IMG/VR virus record: IMGVR_UViG_3300021375_002698
Length of the DNA stretch: 64,000 bases
Source of the DNA: a virus
Reading direction: 5' to 3' (one strand)
Each line of letters begins with the position of its first letter. Position 1 is the first letter of the stretch. Below are positions 41,763 through 50,856 of the stretch, piece after piece. The position numbers were made by a program, and so were the translations under genes. The notes beneath the pieces are model-generated. The model saw only the letters and a list, made by a program, of their open reading frames with translations. It was not told the origin of the DNA and did not search any database.

Positions 41763-41975
41763 TGTAAATTTTACAAAATCTCCAGACTTTGTCTTTAAAA
41801 GTCTCAGAGCCTTTCTAAGTCTTACTCCTGCTGCTCTATTTCCTCTATACGCTTTTAAAACATCTGATTCTAAAGAATCAGTTAGTATCTTAATCTCGTT
41901 ATATAATGTTTCATGTGTAACTTCTACTGTTTCTTCTCCAGCTGTTAATTCATTAATTACTGTTTCTTCTGTCAT
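41748..41975 (-). CDS. Histone H1-like Hc1-family small protein
   Basis: D-x-x-K-x-x-x-GNRAAGVRLRK matches the Hc1 N-terminal GN(K/R)AA motif. Confidence 0.7.
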   Translation of the reverse strand: MTEETVINELTAGEETVEVTHETLYNEIKILTDSLESDVLKAYRGNRAAGVRLRKALRLLKTKSGDFVKFTLGKS

Positions 41976-41996
41976 AATCTATCTCTACCTTTCTTT

Positions 41997-42221
41997 TTAT
42001 AAAATTATATCATGCTTTTCTTCTTTGTTAAAAAAAGTTTCATTTCTTAACAATTCTTGAATTTTTTTCATCTTATCAATATCTTCAAGCTCTAATGATA
42101 ACATGTCAATTATCTTTAATATCTCATTGTTATTAACACCAAATTTCATTATTTCATCTTTTATATTTCTACACTTTTCTATAGAATGTAAATCTTCTGG
42201 AATGTTAGGGTTTAAACTCAT
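41997..42221 (-). CDS. Hypothetical protein
   Basis: GAGG RBS; coupled to the upstream gene. Confidence 0.7.
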   Translation of the reverse strand: MSLNPNIPEDLHSIEKCRNIKDEIMKFGVNNNEILKIIDMLSLELEDIDKMKKIQELLRNETFFNKEEKHDIIL

Positions 42222-42691
42222 AAATACCTCTGTTCTAGCTCGTTTTTAATTTTTATTTTGCCATCTTTAAGCAAGTATAAAATCTTGTAGTTAACATCAT
42301 TGTCTATTTCTTTTTTACTAAGAACAACATGCCCTTCTAGATTTTTTTCTATTAGATAGTCAACTAATTCCCAGTCTGGTATGTCTACATCATTTATAGT
42401 TAACAAGTCTGATATATTTTGTTTTCCATTGTTTGCAAGATTAAACGAAATGTCTTCTTTCGTGTATATTAAAGATTTGTAACCTTCTTTACCCCACTTG
42501 ATTTCGCTTTTACAAATGTCATAAACTCTATGCACTATATCACAATTATTACATGTAACGTACTTTTCTTTAACTGTTTCATTATCAGTTAAAGAAAACA
42601 CGACGAACTTGTGATACAACGGTTTAGTTGTGTTTTCAAATATCTTAAGTATACATTGACACTCTATTAAATGTTTTATATAACTTTTCAT
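42218..42691 (-). CDS. Hypothetical protein with probable Zn-binding Cys motifs
   Basis: ECQC, CNNC...H...C; GGAGGAG RBS. Confidence 0.7.
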   Translation of the reverse strand: MKSYIKHLIECQCILKIFENTTKPLYHKFVVFSLTDNETVKEKYVTCNNCDIVHRVYDICKSEIKWGKEGYKSLIYTKEDISFNLANNGKQNISDLLTINDVDIPDWELVDYLIEKNLEGHVVLSKKEIDNDVNYKILYLLKDGKIKIKNELEQRYL

Positions 42692-42693
42692 TT

Positions 42694-43890
42694 CTACTCC
42701 TCCTTAAGCTTCACAACTAAACCAATTCTATTAAGAGTTTCAGACAAGCTTTTTGAAAGCTTGTCTGAAACTTCTTCACAATATCTTGAATATACTTTTT
42801 CTTTTGAACTTACAAAGCCTAGTAACACACACATATTATAACATTTTATTAAAGCTTTCAACTCGTTTAATAAATTACTATAGTCTGTAGGTATATGAAC
42901 TGTAATGTTATTTGGAGAAGCTCTTTTTTTTCTTTTAGAAAGATATTTTTTAACATTATGATTACAATCTTTTAGTTGCATATTAATCTCATTAACAAGA
43001 TGCTTATTTGTTTTGTCAAAAACTATCATGTTTTTTCCTAAAGTAACTTTGACAATTTTGCTTTTGCCCACTATGTCTTTATAAACATTATCAAAAAACT
43101 CTCCAGAAACTACAGTAGTACCCGAAATGCTTGCAATGTCCTTAAGTAAAAAAGGATCTTCGTTGTTAAATCTTGATATGTAAGGATATAAAAAGAGTTT
43201 ATTTCTTAAAAGTATACTCTTCAAATGTCTAACAGCATCATCTGATATTCCTCTACAAATAATAATGCCCGGTATATTTTCTTTTTTTAGTTCATCTAGT
43301 AAGGGAATAAGCTCTGATTCTCTTTCAATAAATCCATCAAACACAGATATTCTAACGTTTTTAGTTGATTTATTCACTTTGCTAAAATAAATACTTTCAA
43401 ATTCTGGATGAATGTTTATTTTATAAGTTGGCTTTGAATCTTTTTCAACTAATATTTCTTTGTTTTTAGTATGCTTACAATTTATAATTGCATCTGGACC
43501 ACCAAATTTTAAAACATTACTTGCTAGCTCAAATGAGTCTTTGTTCGATACACTTCTCATATATTTAAACAAAGTTTCCAGGTTTCCTTCTATTCTTTCT
43601 TTTTGCTCTGTATGATTGTTTAATAATGTATTTTCTAATAGTTTAACTGACGTATAATATGAACTGCCGGGATAAAGGCTTTCAGACTTTTTAAAGTAAT
43701 TAATTAAAATATTTCTATACGGAGACTTTTTAAACTCTTCAGACATAAGAAAAAAGTAAAAATAAAGAAATTTGCTTTTATATATCTTTTTACCTGATAT
43801 AATCCTGTTTTTTTGGTTTTTAAAAGATTTGTTAAATCTATTAAGCCTGTCAAATAAGTCTAGTATATTGCTATTCATGTTCTTTTCCAT
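42694..43890 (-). CDS. Degenerate chaperonin (GroEL/Cpn60 apical-domain-like)
   Basis: DGFIE...ELIPLL...PGIIICRGISDDAV and LLKDIASISGTTVVS resemble the apical domain; GDGTT is absent. Confidence 0.6.
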   Translation of the reverse strand: MEKNMNSNILDLFDRLNRFNKSFKNQKNRIISGKKIYKSKFLYFYFFLMSEEFKKSPYRNILINYFKKSESLYPGSSYYTSVKLLENTLLNNHTEQKERIEGNLETLFKYMRSVSNKDSFELASNVLKFGGPDAIINCKHTKNKEILVEKDSKPTYKINIHPEFESIYFSKVNKSTKNVRISVFDGFIERESELIPLLDELKKENIPGIIICRGISDDAVRHLKSILLRNKLFLYPYISRFNNEDPFLLKDIASISGTTVVSGEFFDNVYKDIVGKSKIVKVTLGKNMIVFDKTNKHLVNEINMQLKDCNHNVKKYLSKRKKRASPNNITVHIPTDYSNLLNELKALIKCYNMCVLLGFVSSKEKVYSRYCEEVSDKLSKSLSETLNRIGLVVKLKEE

Positions 43891-43921
43891 TTATTTGAAT
43901 TATATAACAGATGAACAATTA

Positions 43922-44422
43922 TTAAACTATTTTTTGTGAAGCCCAGCTTAAACATTCTTGCAAGTATAAAGGAAGTTTCATTTTTAATGTACTATTTACT
44001 TTTAACTTTGATATAACAATGCTATTCTTATCAAGCCACTCATATGATGAATGTTCAAAGTATCCAGACTTTTCATTTGCCTTTATTACTGTATTGTAAA
44101 AGCTATCTTTTTTTATCTTTCCTATAAACATAACAAGACCTTCTCCACAAGAAAACTTATCTTTTACAATCTTACCACTAAATTCTTCAAAGTCTTGTTC
44201 TGAAAGGTTTATTTCTTCATACGTTTCTCTTAAAGCGCAATCAAAAGGATACTCGCCAAATTCAATGCCTCCTTTTGGGAAATCATAGTAACCTTTATTG
44301 TCAATCAAAACCAAGTAAACAATTTTTTCTGGTATGTCACTAATAGTTTTACCTCTGTTGTCATAGTATACAATAATTCCTGCACCTGTACATTCTTCTT
44401 TCACGTCTAAACTCCTGATCAA
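43922..44422 (-). CDS. NUDIX hydrolase
   Basis: FPKGGIEFGE-x7-RETYEE Nudix box. Confidence 0.9.
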   Translation of the reverse strand: MIRSLDVKEECTGAGIIVYYDNRGKTISDIPEKIVYLVLIDNKGYYDFPKGGIEFGEYPFDCALRETYEEINLSEQDFEEFSGKIVKDKFSCGEGLVMFIGKIKKDSFYNTVIKANEKSGYFEHSSYEWLDKNSIVISKLKVNSTLKMKLPLYLQECLSWASQKIV

Positions 44423-46035
44423 TATTCGTGATAGTTTTTAAAAAAATTATTAGGAAAGCTACTTCTAGACTTAGACTTAACTCTACTCCAATCACCATCA
44501 AGTATATATGTTACAGCTTTATCATTTTCAGATCTTATACTTCTACCTAGACTTTGAACGATAGTTCTAACAGTTTGAGTGTCATACCACCACTTCCATT
44601 TGTTCATTTTTTTTCTAGTTACTTTGTCACCTAAATAAGGAAAAGGTACTTTACACACAACTTGAAATTTTGACAAGTCACCTTTTAAGTCAACACCTTC
44701 AGACATAGAAGGCGATATTAATACAGTGTTTTTATTAGAACTTAAATGCTTTTCTAAACTCTTTTCTCTATTACTGCCATAAGCAAGAATTAGCCTACTA
44801 TCTCTTATGTTTTCTGAAAGATATTTTGCTATTCTTGTGTTGTGTGTATGAATAATACCTTTTTCATTTTTATGATTATCTAATATAGACTTAACCATCT
44901 CTTTCATAATAGGAAGAGTTTTATCAATATTTTTAGCTGACATGCTTCCTGCTGGAGAAAATACAATCGGACTATTTCTTGGATCAAAAGGTGAATCTTG
45001 TTTTATAGAAACAGTCTCATTTTCAGGCAACCCAATAGTTTGAATAAAACCTGAATGTGATATTATTGTTGCAGACATAAAAATAATATAGTCAGCGTGA
45101 TCAAGCAAATATTGCTTAGAATAACTAGATACATCAATGGGCTTAAATACAAATTTTTTGTTTTTATTGTCTGTTGATTCAATATCAAAAACCCAGTTTT
45201 CTTTGTCATATAAGTTTATAAACTGTTCAATTTTCTTCAAATGAGAAGTCAACATTTCAAAGTTATTTGTTATTTTCTTAAAGTCTTCTAGCTTTGATGA
45301 AGTTATACCAAACTTTTCAAGTTGTGATGCCATAAATTGAACTTTTTTAGACACAGCTTGTATGTAAATGTTTTTAATCCAATTGTATACTTTAAACTGT
45401 GTATTTAATGAATCAGGTATCGTTATTTTTAATATTTTTTTAGAAAAGTAACTAGAGATGCTAATTTCTATGAATCTAGAAAGTTCATTTTCTAAATTAT
45501 GAGCCTCATCAATTATAAGCACTTTTTTGTTAGGAACTTTTTTACTATAATTCTTTTCAGTTAAAAAGTAGCTAAAGTTTGTTATTCCTAAATCTTTATC
45601 TATAAAGTCTTTCTTTTTCTTTTTGTAAACACACTCATATTTACACTTGTCGTACATCTTAGTCATACTTTTGCTTCTAAGTCCCGTTTGAATATCTTTA
45701 CAAGATGCTTTTTTGTCTATACTACATGTATAGTTAGAAGAGCTATATAAAGATACAAGATCAAACTTAGAGAAATCATTTTCATATTGATCTTGAAGCA
45801 ATTTCTGAGTTGTTAAAAAATAAGAGCCGTTTATGTATATACCTGGGTATTCTGATGAATTGTTCATTTTTCTTGCAACAGTTAATCCTATTGCACTTTT
45901 ACCTACACCTGTTCCACATTCTACAATAGCATATTTATGACCAGACTTAAATTTTTCAAGTATTATGTCTATTGCTTCTTCTTGCTGCTGCCTAGGTTTC
46001 TCATACGGGAAATAGTTATTCCATGTACTAGTCAA
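44419..46035 (-). CDS. DinG/XPD-family SF2 helicase
   Basis: Q motif (FPY..PR..Q), GTGVGKS, Cys cluster, DEAH, MSAT, EGVD, KVPFP, QSLGRSIR; TTG start after GAGG. Confidence 0.9.
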   Translation of the reverse strand: MTSTWNNYFPYEKPRQQQEEAIDIILEKFKSGHKYAIVECGTGVGKSAIGLTVARKMNNSSEYPGIYINGSYFLTTQKLLQDQYENDFSKFDLVSLYSSSNYTCSIDKKASCKDIQTGLRSKSMTKMYDKCKYECVYKKKKKDFIDKDLGITNFSYFLTEKNYSKKVPNKKVLIIDEAHNLENELSRFIEISISSYFSKKILKITIPDSLNTQFKVYNWIKNIYIQAVSKKVQFMASQLEKFGITSSKLEDFKKITNNFEMLTSHLKKIEQFINLYDKENWVFDIESTDNKNKKFVFKPIDVSSYSKQYLLDHADYIIFMSATIISHSGFIQTIGLPENETVSIKQDSPFDPRNSPIVFSPAGSMSAKNIDKTLPIMKEMVKSILDNHKNEKGIIHTHNTRIAKYLSENIRDSRLILAYGSNREKSLEKHLSSNKNTVLISPSMSEGVDLKGDLSKFQVVCKVPFPYLGDKVTRKKMNKWKWWYDTQTVRTIVQSLGRSIRSENDKAVTYILDGDWSRVKSKSRSSFPNNFFKNYHEY

Positions 46036-46060
46036 GTTTTTACCTCATAAAGGATTTCTC

Positions 46061-46336
46061 ATGCCAAATAATAGTTTGACACGCGCTGATATTAAAAAAA
46101 TTAAAGTAATGATTAAAAAAGAACTTAATAAAATTGAAGATAAACAAAACAAAGAAATTAATAAACTTAAAAACAAAGAAATAGAGTCTCAAATAAAAAA
46201 AGTTATTAAAAAAGACTATAAAAATATAGATAAGTTTGATGATAAAGTTTATGATTTATTTAAAGAGTTTATGCAAGATTATCATGATATGTTCTATAGA
46301 GAAAGACATATAATCAAAAACAAAGTAAAGAAGTAA
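46061..46336 (+). CDS. Hypothetical basic helical protein
   Basis: AAGGA RBS; fills the intergenic gap. Confidence 0.65.
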   Translation: MPNNSLTRADIKKIKVMIKKELNKIEDKQNKEINKLKNKEIESQIKKVIKKDYKNIDKFDDKVYDLFKEFMQDYHDMFYRERHIIKNKVKK

Positions 46337-46383
46337 AATATTCTTCTATATTATAATAAAAATTTGTTGTTTAATTTACACAT

Positions 46384-46878
46384 TTAATTTTTAACATTAA
46401 ACATTCTTGAAACATTTCTAGAATAAAGCTGTGCTTCTTCTTTTGAATTGAAAGTTTTAATAGTAGTTTCACCTTTAGTTTTAATAGTCGTATATTCATC
46501 ACCAGAGTTTACATCTATTCCGCTATCAAAAATAGCACCATTAACAGACGCAATATTTTCAGGTGAGATATTATATCCACTATTATCTGAAAATACTTTG
46601 CTTTTTTGATTCCTTCCTACGGCTTCTTTAACAGCTTCTTTAAACTCTTTAGATATTTTTTCTATTAAAAAAATATTATTTTTTGTATCACAATATCTTA
46701 TTGTAGATTTGTTAAAAAACTCTTTTAATAATAAAAGACACACATTACTTTTCAATAATAAATTATAGTTTCCTTGCAAATTTAATTCAAATATTGATTG
46801 TAAATAGTCAGATTCATATTTTTGTAATTTTAGTCCAACACTATTACAATTTTCTAGTAAAGTTGATAATTTTTTCAT
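46384..46878 (-). CDS. Hypothetical protein (start MKKLSTLLE)
   Basis: Start moved from 47034 to ATG 46878, which removes the overlap with the divergent peptidase gene. Confidence 0.6.
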   Translation of the reverse strand: MKKLSTLLENCNSVGLKLQKYESDYLQSIFELNLQGNYNLLLKSNVCLLLLKEFFNKSTIRYCDTKNNIFLIEKISKEFKEAVKEAVGRNQKSKVFSDNSGYNISPENIASVNGAIFDSGIDVNSGDEYTTIKTKGETTIKTFNSKEEAQLYSRNVSRMFNVKN

Positions 46879-46900
46879 TTTAAGCCTACTCAGGAGATAT

Positions 46901-47698
46901 ATGCTTAAATATACTATAACAGTTCTTTTTTTATTAATTTCATGCAGCGTTAATGAAGATGCTGATTTTAAAAAAAGTAGTTTTAAAAAAATTGACAAAA
47001 TAATGTCAGGTAGCTCGTGCAATGACAAATGCATTTGGTCAACTTACGCTGTGAACATGAATATACAAGAAGGGAAATATGAATGCAGTAGCGGAAAATG
47101 TGTTTGCGTAAAAGAAAATAATGCATACATGCTGTGTGAACCTGCGGGTTTCTTGAATAACTTAGAAAATAATGATAAGAGTAAAAATGACATATTATCA
47201 ATACCGTATTACAATCAATATGAAAACGAATTTTATAAGTCTTCAACATGTCAAAATACTTCAATAGCTATGGCTCTAAGCTATTTTGAATATATAATAA
47301 GCCCAGACTATATCTTTAGCGAGTGGGGTAAAGATATAGCTCAGTCACCAATGGGATTAAACAGTGTATACTCTCACTACTCAAAAAAATCAAAAATAAA
47401 AACAAATACTTCAGCTTCACCAAGTGACTTGCTAAAATCACTTTCAAATGGTAATATTGCAATAGTTCACGGATACTTCACTTCATCTGGTCATGTAATA
47501 GTAGTTAGAGGGTTTTATAACAATAGATATCATGTTAACGATCCCGCCGGGAAATGGCTAGGGTGTTTTATGTGCGGATACTCATCAAATAATAATGGTA
47601 TTACTTCATATAGTAAAGAAGCTTTTGAAAGTGCTGTTTTTACATCAGACGGTAGTACATATTTACCTGGTTGGATTCATATAATATCTAAGCTTTAA
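46901..47698 (+). CDS. C39-like cysteine peptidase with lipoprotein signal (candidate cell-wall hydrolase)
   Basis: Lipobox LISC; PYYNQ, CQNTSIAM (catalytic Cys), GHVIVVRG (His), NDP (Asp); AGGAG RBS. Confidence 0.8.
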   Translation: MLKYTITVLFLLISCSVNEDADFKKSSFKKIDKIMSGSSCNDKCIWSTYAVNMNIQEGKYECSSGKCVCVKENNAYMLCEPAGFLNNLENNDKSKNDILSIPYYNQYENEFYKSSTCQNTSIAMALSYFEYIISPDYIFSEWGKDIAQSPMGLNSVYSHYSKKSKIKTNTSASPSDLLKSLSNGNIAIVHGYFTSSGHVIVVRGFYNNRYHVNDPAGKWLGCFMCGYSSNNNGITSYSKEAFESAVFTSDGSTYLPGWIHIISKL

Positions 47699-47727
47699 AA
47701 GCTATATCCTTTTATTTTTTCATTATT

Positions 47728-48021
47728 CTAATCATTTTTTTTATCCTTTAAGCTTTTAATTTCTTTTTTTAGCTTCTGATCTTCATTGTCAATTATTTGA
47801 ATTGCAGCATTTACATACTTATCAAGAGCAGTTTGCCCTAAAATGTAACCAATTTGAATAAATCCGCTTGTAATCACAACTGTCATAAGCATCATTAGAG
47901 AATAATGATCTAGCTTTCCTTGCAAGTGGTATAACAAATAAAAAAGAATAGCTTTCCAACCGATCTCTGATGTCATATAGGCAATAAACTTCTTACTTTT
48001 CATAGGCGTCTTATTTAACAT
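47728..48021 (-). CDS. Holin-like small membrane protein
   Basis: Two hydrophobic segments, SKKF motif, YILGQ...D and a basic C-terminus; next to the peptidase. Confidence 0.5.
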   Translation of the reverse strand: MLNKTPMKSKKFIAYMTSEIGWKAILFYLLYHLQGKLDHYSLMMLMTVVITSGFIQIGYILGQTALDKYVNAAIQIIDNEDQKLKKEIKSLKDKKND

Positions 48022-48096
48022 TAATAAAGTCTTTCTGTTTTTAAATAACTGTAACTAATAATTATATATAGATTATATTTTATTAAGGGTCTAGTT

Positions 48097-48939
48097 ATGG
48101 AAATGAAAAAAATTAACTTATGTATTCTTTTGTTAGATCTAGTAGGTTCTACCAAGTTTGTTCAAAAATATGGAAATGAACATGCTGCAAAAATTTTTCA
48201 AGCTCATGATAAGTTAACTAGATCTTTAATATACAAGTTTAACGGTCGTGAAATTGATAGATCTGACGGTTTTCTAATGAGTTTTAATAGTACAATAGAT
48301 GCAGTTAACTTTTCTTTAATATATCATAAAACAATACCTCCAAGAACAACACTTCAGGCAAGGATCGGTATCCATTGGGGCGAAATTATAGAAGTAGCGC
48401 AAGAAGATAAGTTTATAGACGCAGGTGCTAAACGAGTAGAGCTAGAAGGATTATCTAAGAATACAGCTGCTAGAATAATGTCGTTAGCTGCAGGAGGTCA
48501 AACATGCTTGTCTACACAAGCTTTTAATAAAGTAAAAAACAGATCAAATATGCATACGCCTAAAAATGCTAGATACGCATGCGCAGGAGTATATAAGTTA
48601 AAAGGAATAAGAGACCCAATAGATGTTTATGTAGTAGGTGTTTCTATTGAAAGTCTACAACCTCCAAAAAATTCTGACAAAGTTAAGAAGATTGCTGGAC
48701 CTAAAAAAATAAAGTCGCGAGCAAGAGATAGAAAGCTAAAAGAATGGTTCTGGTATTTATATCCAAAATTAGGTATTATATCTTTAATATTTTTAATTAA
48801 AAATTTTTGGCCTATGCTTGGAAGGGAGTCAACTAGAATTGCTTTAAGGATTGACTTTTACTTTTTCTGGATAGACTATATAAATATAGTCATAAACTTC
48901 TTACATTCAATATACGAGAATACATTAGGTAATATATAA
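48097..48939 (+). CDS. Class III nucleotide (adenylate/guanylate-type) cyclase with C-terminal membrane anchor
   Basis: DLVGST (metal Asp 1), IDRSDGF (Asp 2), RIGIHWG, NTAAR, GQTCLS, YKLKG. Confidence 0.9.
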   Translation: MEMKKINLCILLLDLVGSTKFVQKYGNEHAAKIFQAHDKLTRSLIYKFNGREIDRSDGFLMSFNSTIDAVNFSLIYHKTIPPRTTLQARIGIHWGEIIEVAQEDKFIDAGAKRVELEGLSKNTAARIMSLAAGGQTCLSTQAFNKVKNRSNMHTPKNARYACAGVYKLKGIRDPIDVYVVGVSIESLQPPKNSDKVKKIAGPKKIKSRARDRKLKEWFWYLYPKLGIISLIFLIKNFWPMLGRESTRIALRIDFYFFWIDYINIVINFLHSIYENTLGNI

Positions 48940-49428
48940 ATGATTAACAAAGACTTAAAATCAAAAAAACAGTTTAATCAAACTGAAAAAGCTAAACGTG
49001 GATGGTGGGCTTCTGTATTTTTTATGATTATGATTATTGCTTTAATCATATTTTTATCATATGTCAAGATTCAAGAAGAAAACAGAGATATACTAATAGG
49101 TATAATAGGAATGCTTACAGGTAGTATATCAAGTATGCTTTCAATAGCAGCGGGTAAAGATCCTGCTGAAATAGAAGAATTAAAAGATAAACTTTCTGCA
49201 GCAAATGCTGATAGAGCAGCTCTCATAGCCAGATTAAGAGATTCTCAAATTCAAAATCAGCTAAAGACAGAACAGCTTAACGATATTCAAATTGCATTAA
49301 TTGAAAAAATGCCTATTTGGGAAGGTAAAAAAGTCATAGTGCACAAATCTGAAGATGATGTTGAATTGAACAAACACATATCAGCATGGATACCAAAAGT
49401 AGATAGAAGTGAAAAGTTAGATAAATAA
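48940..49428 (+). CDS. 2-TM membrane protein with C-terminal coiled coil
   Basis: Two hydrophobic helices; ATG immediately follows the cyclase TAA. Confidence 0.8.
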   Translation: MINKDLKSKKQFNQTEKAKRGWWASVFFMIMIIALIIFLSYVKIQEENRDILIGIIGMLTGSISSMLSIAAGKDPAEIEELKDKLSAANADRAALIARLRDSQIQNQLKTEQLNDIQIALIEKMPIWEGKKVIVHKSEDDVELNKHISAWIPKVDRSEKLDK

Positions 49429-49499
49429 TATCTGTAATTTATTGTAAACCAATGTTAATTAATATAAATGATTATATTATGTTCTTTCTTTAATATAAA

Positions 49500-50405
49500 C
49501 TATAGCTTATTTAATAATTCATGAGAATCTTTAATAGCAAAAACTAACTCCAGATACTCAGAGCTATTTGCAATATACTTCATAGTATTCATATTTGTTT
49601 TCTTTATTGACTTAGAAAATATTGAATTATACCACTCTTCACCTTTATGCCTATAAGCCAGTTTTTGTGAAGTATCATCTAATACATTGTCTGGGGTTAA
49701 TTGAGGAATTCTAAACTCTTCTGACTCTGCTTTGTTTATATCAAGTTGAATAATTTCAATATCATTTCTATTGGCATATATTTGCCATTTCTTTTGTGCA
49801 TTTAAAGAAACTGACTTTCTATCTGAACAAACACTTTTATCTCTTATCATTGATAAAAATTCTAACATTACTTCGAATATAACTGCATTAAAACCCTCTG
49901 TAGACTTATGAACAAGCATTATTCTATATGCACCTTCGCCATATCCTGTAGGCCAGTCTTTATCTGTTGCTTCAAAGTCAATAGTACTTGATATTGCTCT
50001 GCTTTCTGATAACTCGCTGAAGTCAAATTTTATAAAACACTCATCTTCATCTTCATACAGCTTAATTCTTCCCATTATACTATTATCTTTTTTTAATTCT
50101 CTTTCTTCATGAACATATCTTTCAAGCTTTCTAATTATACTCATAATTTTATAATTAACACCATGTATGTCGTCAACTAAATTAAACTTTTCTATCTTTT
50201 TAAAATCTTCTGGATTGTTTATATCAAATTCTTTATAAAAATTAGAATTACTTACACTTACTTCATCATAGTTTTTATAGTCTTCATCTTCATACCCAAA
50301 GTTATATTTGTCTTCATCTATATCTGATAAATTTATGTTTTTAAAAGATTCACTAATAAAACTATTCCACTCTTTTAATATACCCTTGAAATCTTTGTTA
50401 ATCAT
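49500..50405 (-). CDS. Hypothetical protein, possible GNAT-like fold, with class B leader
   Basis: IFEVMLE...SDRKSVSLNAQKKW recalls a phage GNAT-like family; leader ILKEWNSFISE. Confidence 0.55.
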   Translation of the reverse strand: MINKDFKGILKEWNSFISESFKNINLSDIDEDKYNFGYEDEDYKNYDEVSVSNSNFYKEFDINNPEDFKKIEKFNLVDDIHGVNYKIMSIIRKLERYVHEERELKKDNSIMGRIKLYEDEDECFIKFDFSELSESRAISSTIDFEATDKDWPTGYGEGAYRIMLVHKSTEGFNAVIFEVMLEFLSMIRDKSVCSDRKSVSLNAQKKWQIYANRNDIEIIQLDINKAESEEFRIPQLTPDNVLDDTSQKLAYRHKGEEWYNSIFSKSIKKTNMNTMKYIANSSEYLELVFAIKDSHELLNKL

Positions 50406-50433
50406 TTATATAAACCTTTTTTTATTTTATATA

Positions 50434-50727
50434 TTATGTAATCCACCAACTATCAAAACTACCATGTTTAATTTTTTCATAAATATCATCAGGTATACTA
50501 CCAACACAGTTGCAATTAAACCACTCACCCTCTTCAGACCATCTACTAAGACTTTCATGAATTATTTTCTCTCTCCACCCCATTCCTTTGAAAGATGATA
50601 TTAATTTAAGCTTGTTAGCATTACCCGTTTGAAGCTGCTTCAATCTTCTATTAGGATCTTTAGATCTACCAACCTTTATCATTCCTGTTTTATCTGACTG
50701 TATAAAATATAAATAATCTTTTTTCAT
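50434..50727 (-). CDS. GIY-YIG-like nuclease (T5orf172/MUG113 family)
   Basis: LYFIQ, IKVGRS-x-x-P-x-x-RL-x-x-LQTGN, E-x-x-x-H, GEWF. Confidence 0.9.
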   Translation of the reverse strand: MKKDYLYFIQSDKTGMIKVGRSKDPNRRLKQLQTGNANKLKLISSFKGMGWREKIIHESLSRWSEEGEWFNCNCVGSIPDDIYEKIKHGSFDSWWIT

Positions 50728-50809
50728 ATTATCTCTCTTAAAAATGATATAATTATTATATCTTGATATTAACTATTTTATAAATTTCTTAACTTATACT
50801 TTTATAAAT

Positions 50810-50838
50810 TTGTAAAAAAAAAGATTTATTTATACAAT
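50810..50838 (+). promoter_or_regulatory. Sigma70-like promoter of pyrF
   Basis: TTGTAA-N17-TACAAT, 18 nt before the ATG. Confidence 0.5.
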
Positions 50839-50856
50839 AAAAAAAAAGGAATTTCT

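Noticed and set aside
46879-47034. Track start sites at 47034, 41515, 41493, 24373, 25662 and 63539
   Set aside because: They overlap neighbouring genes or promoters; downstream starts with better RBS context were used instead.
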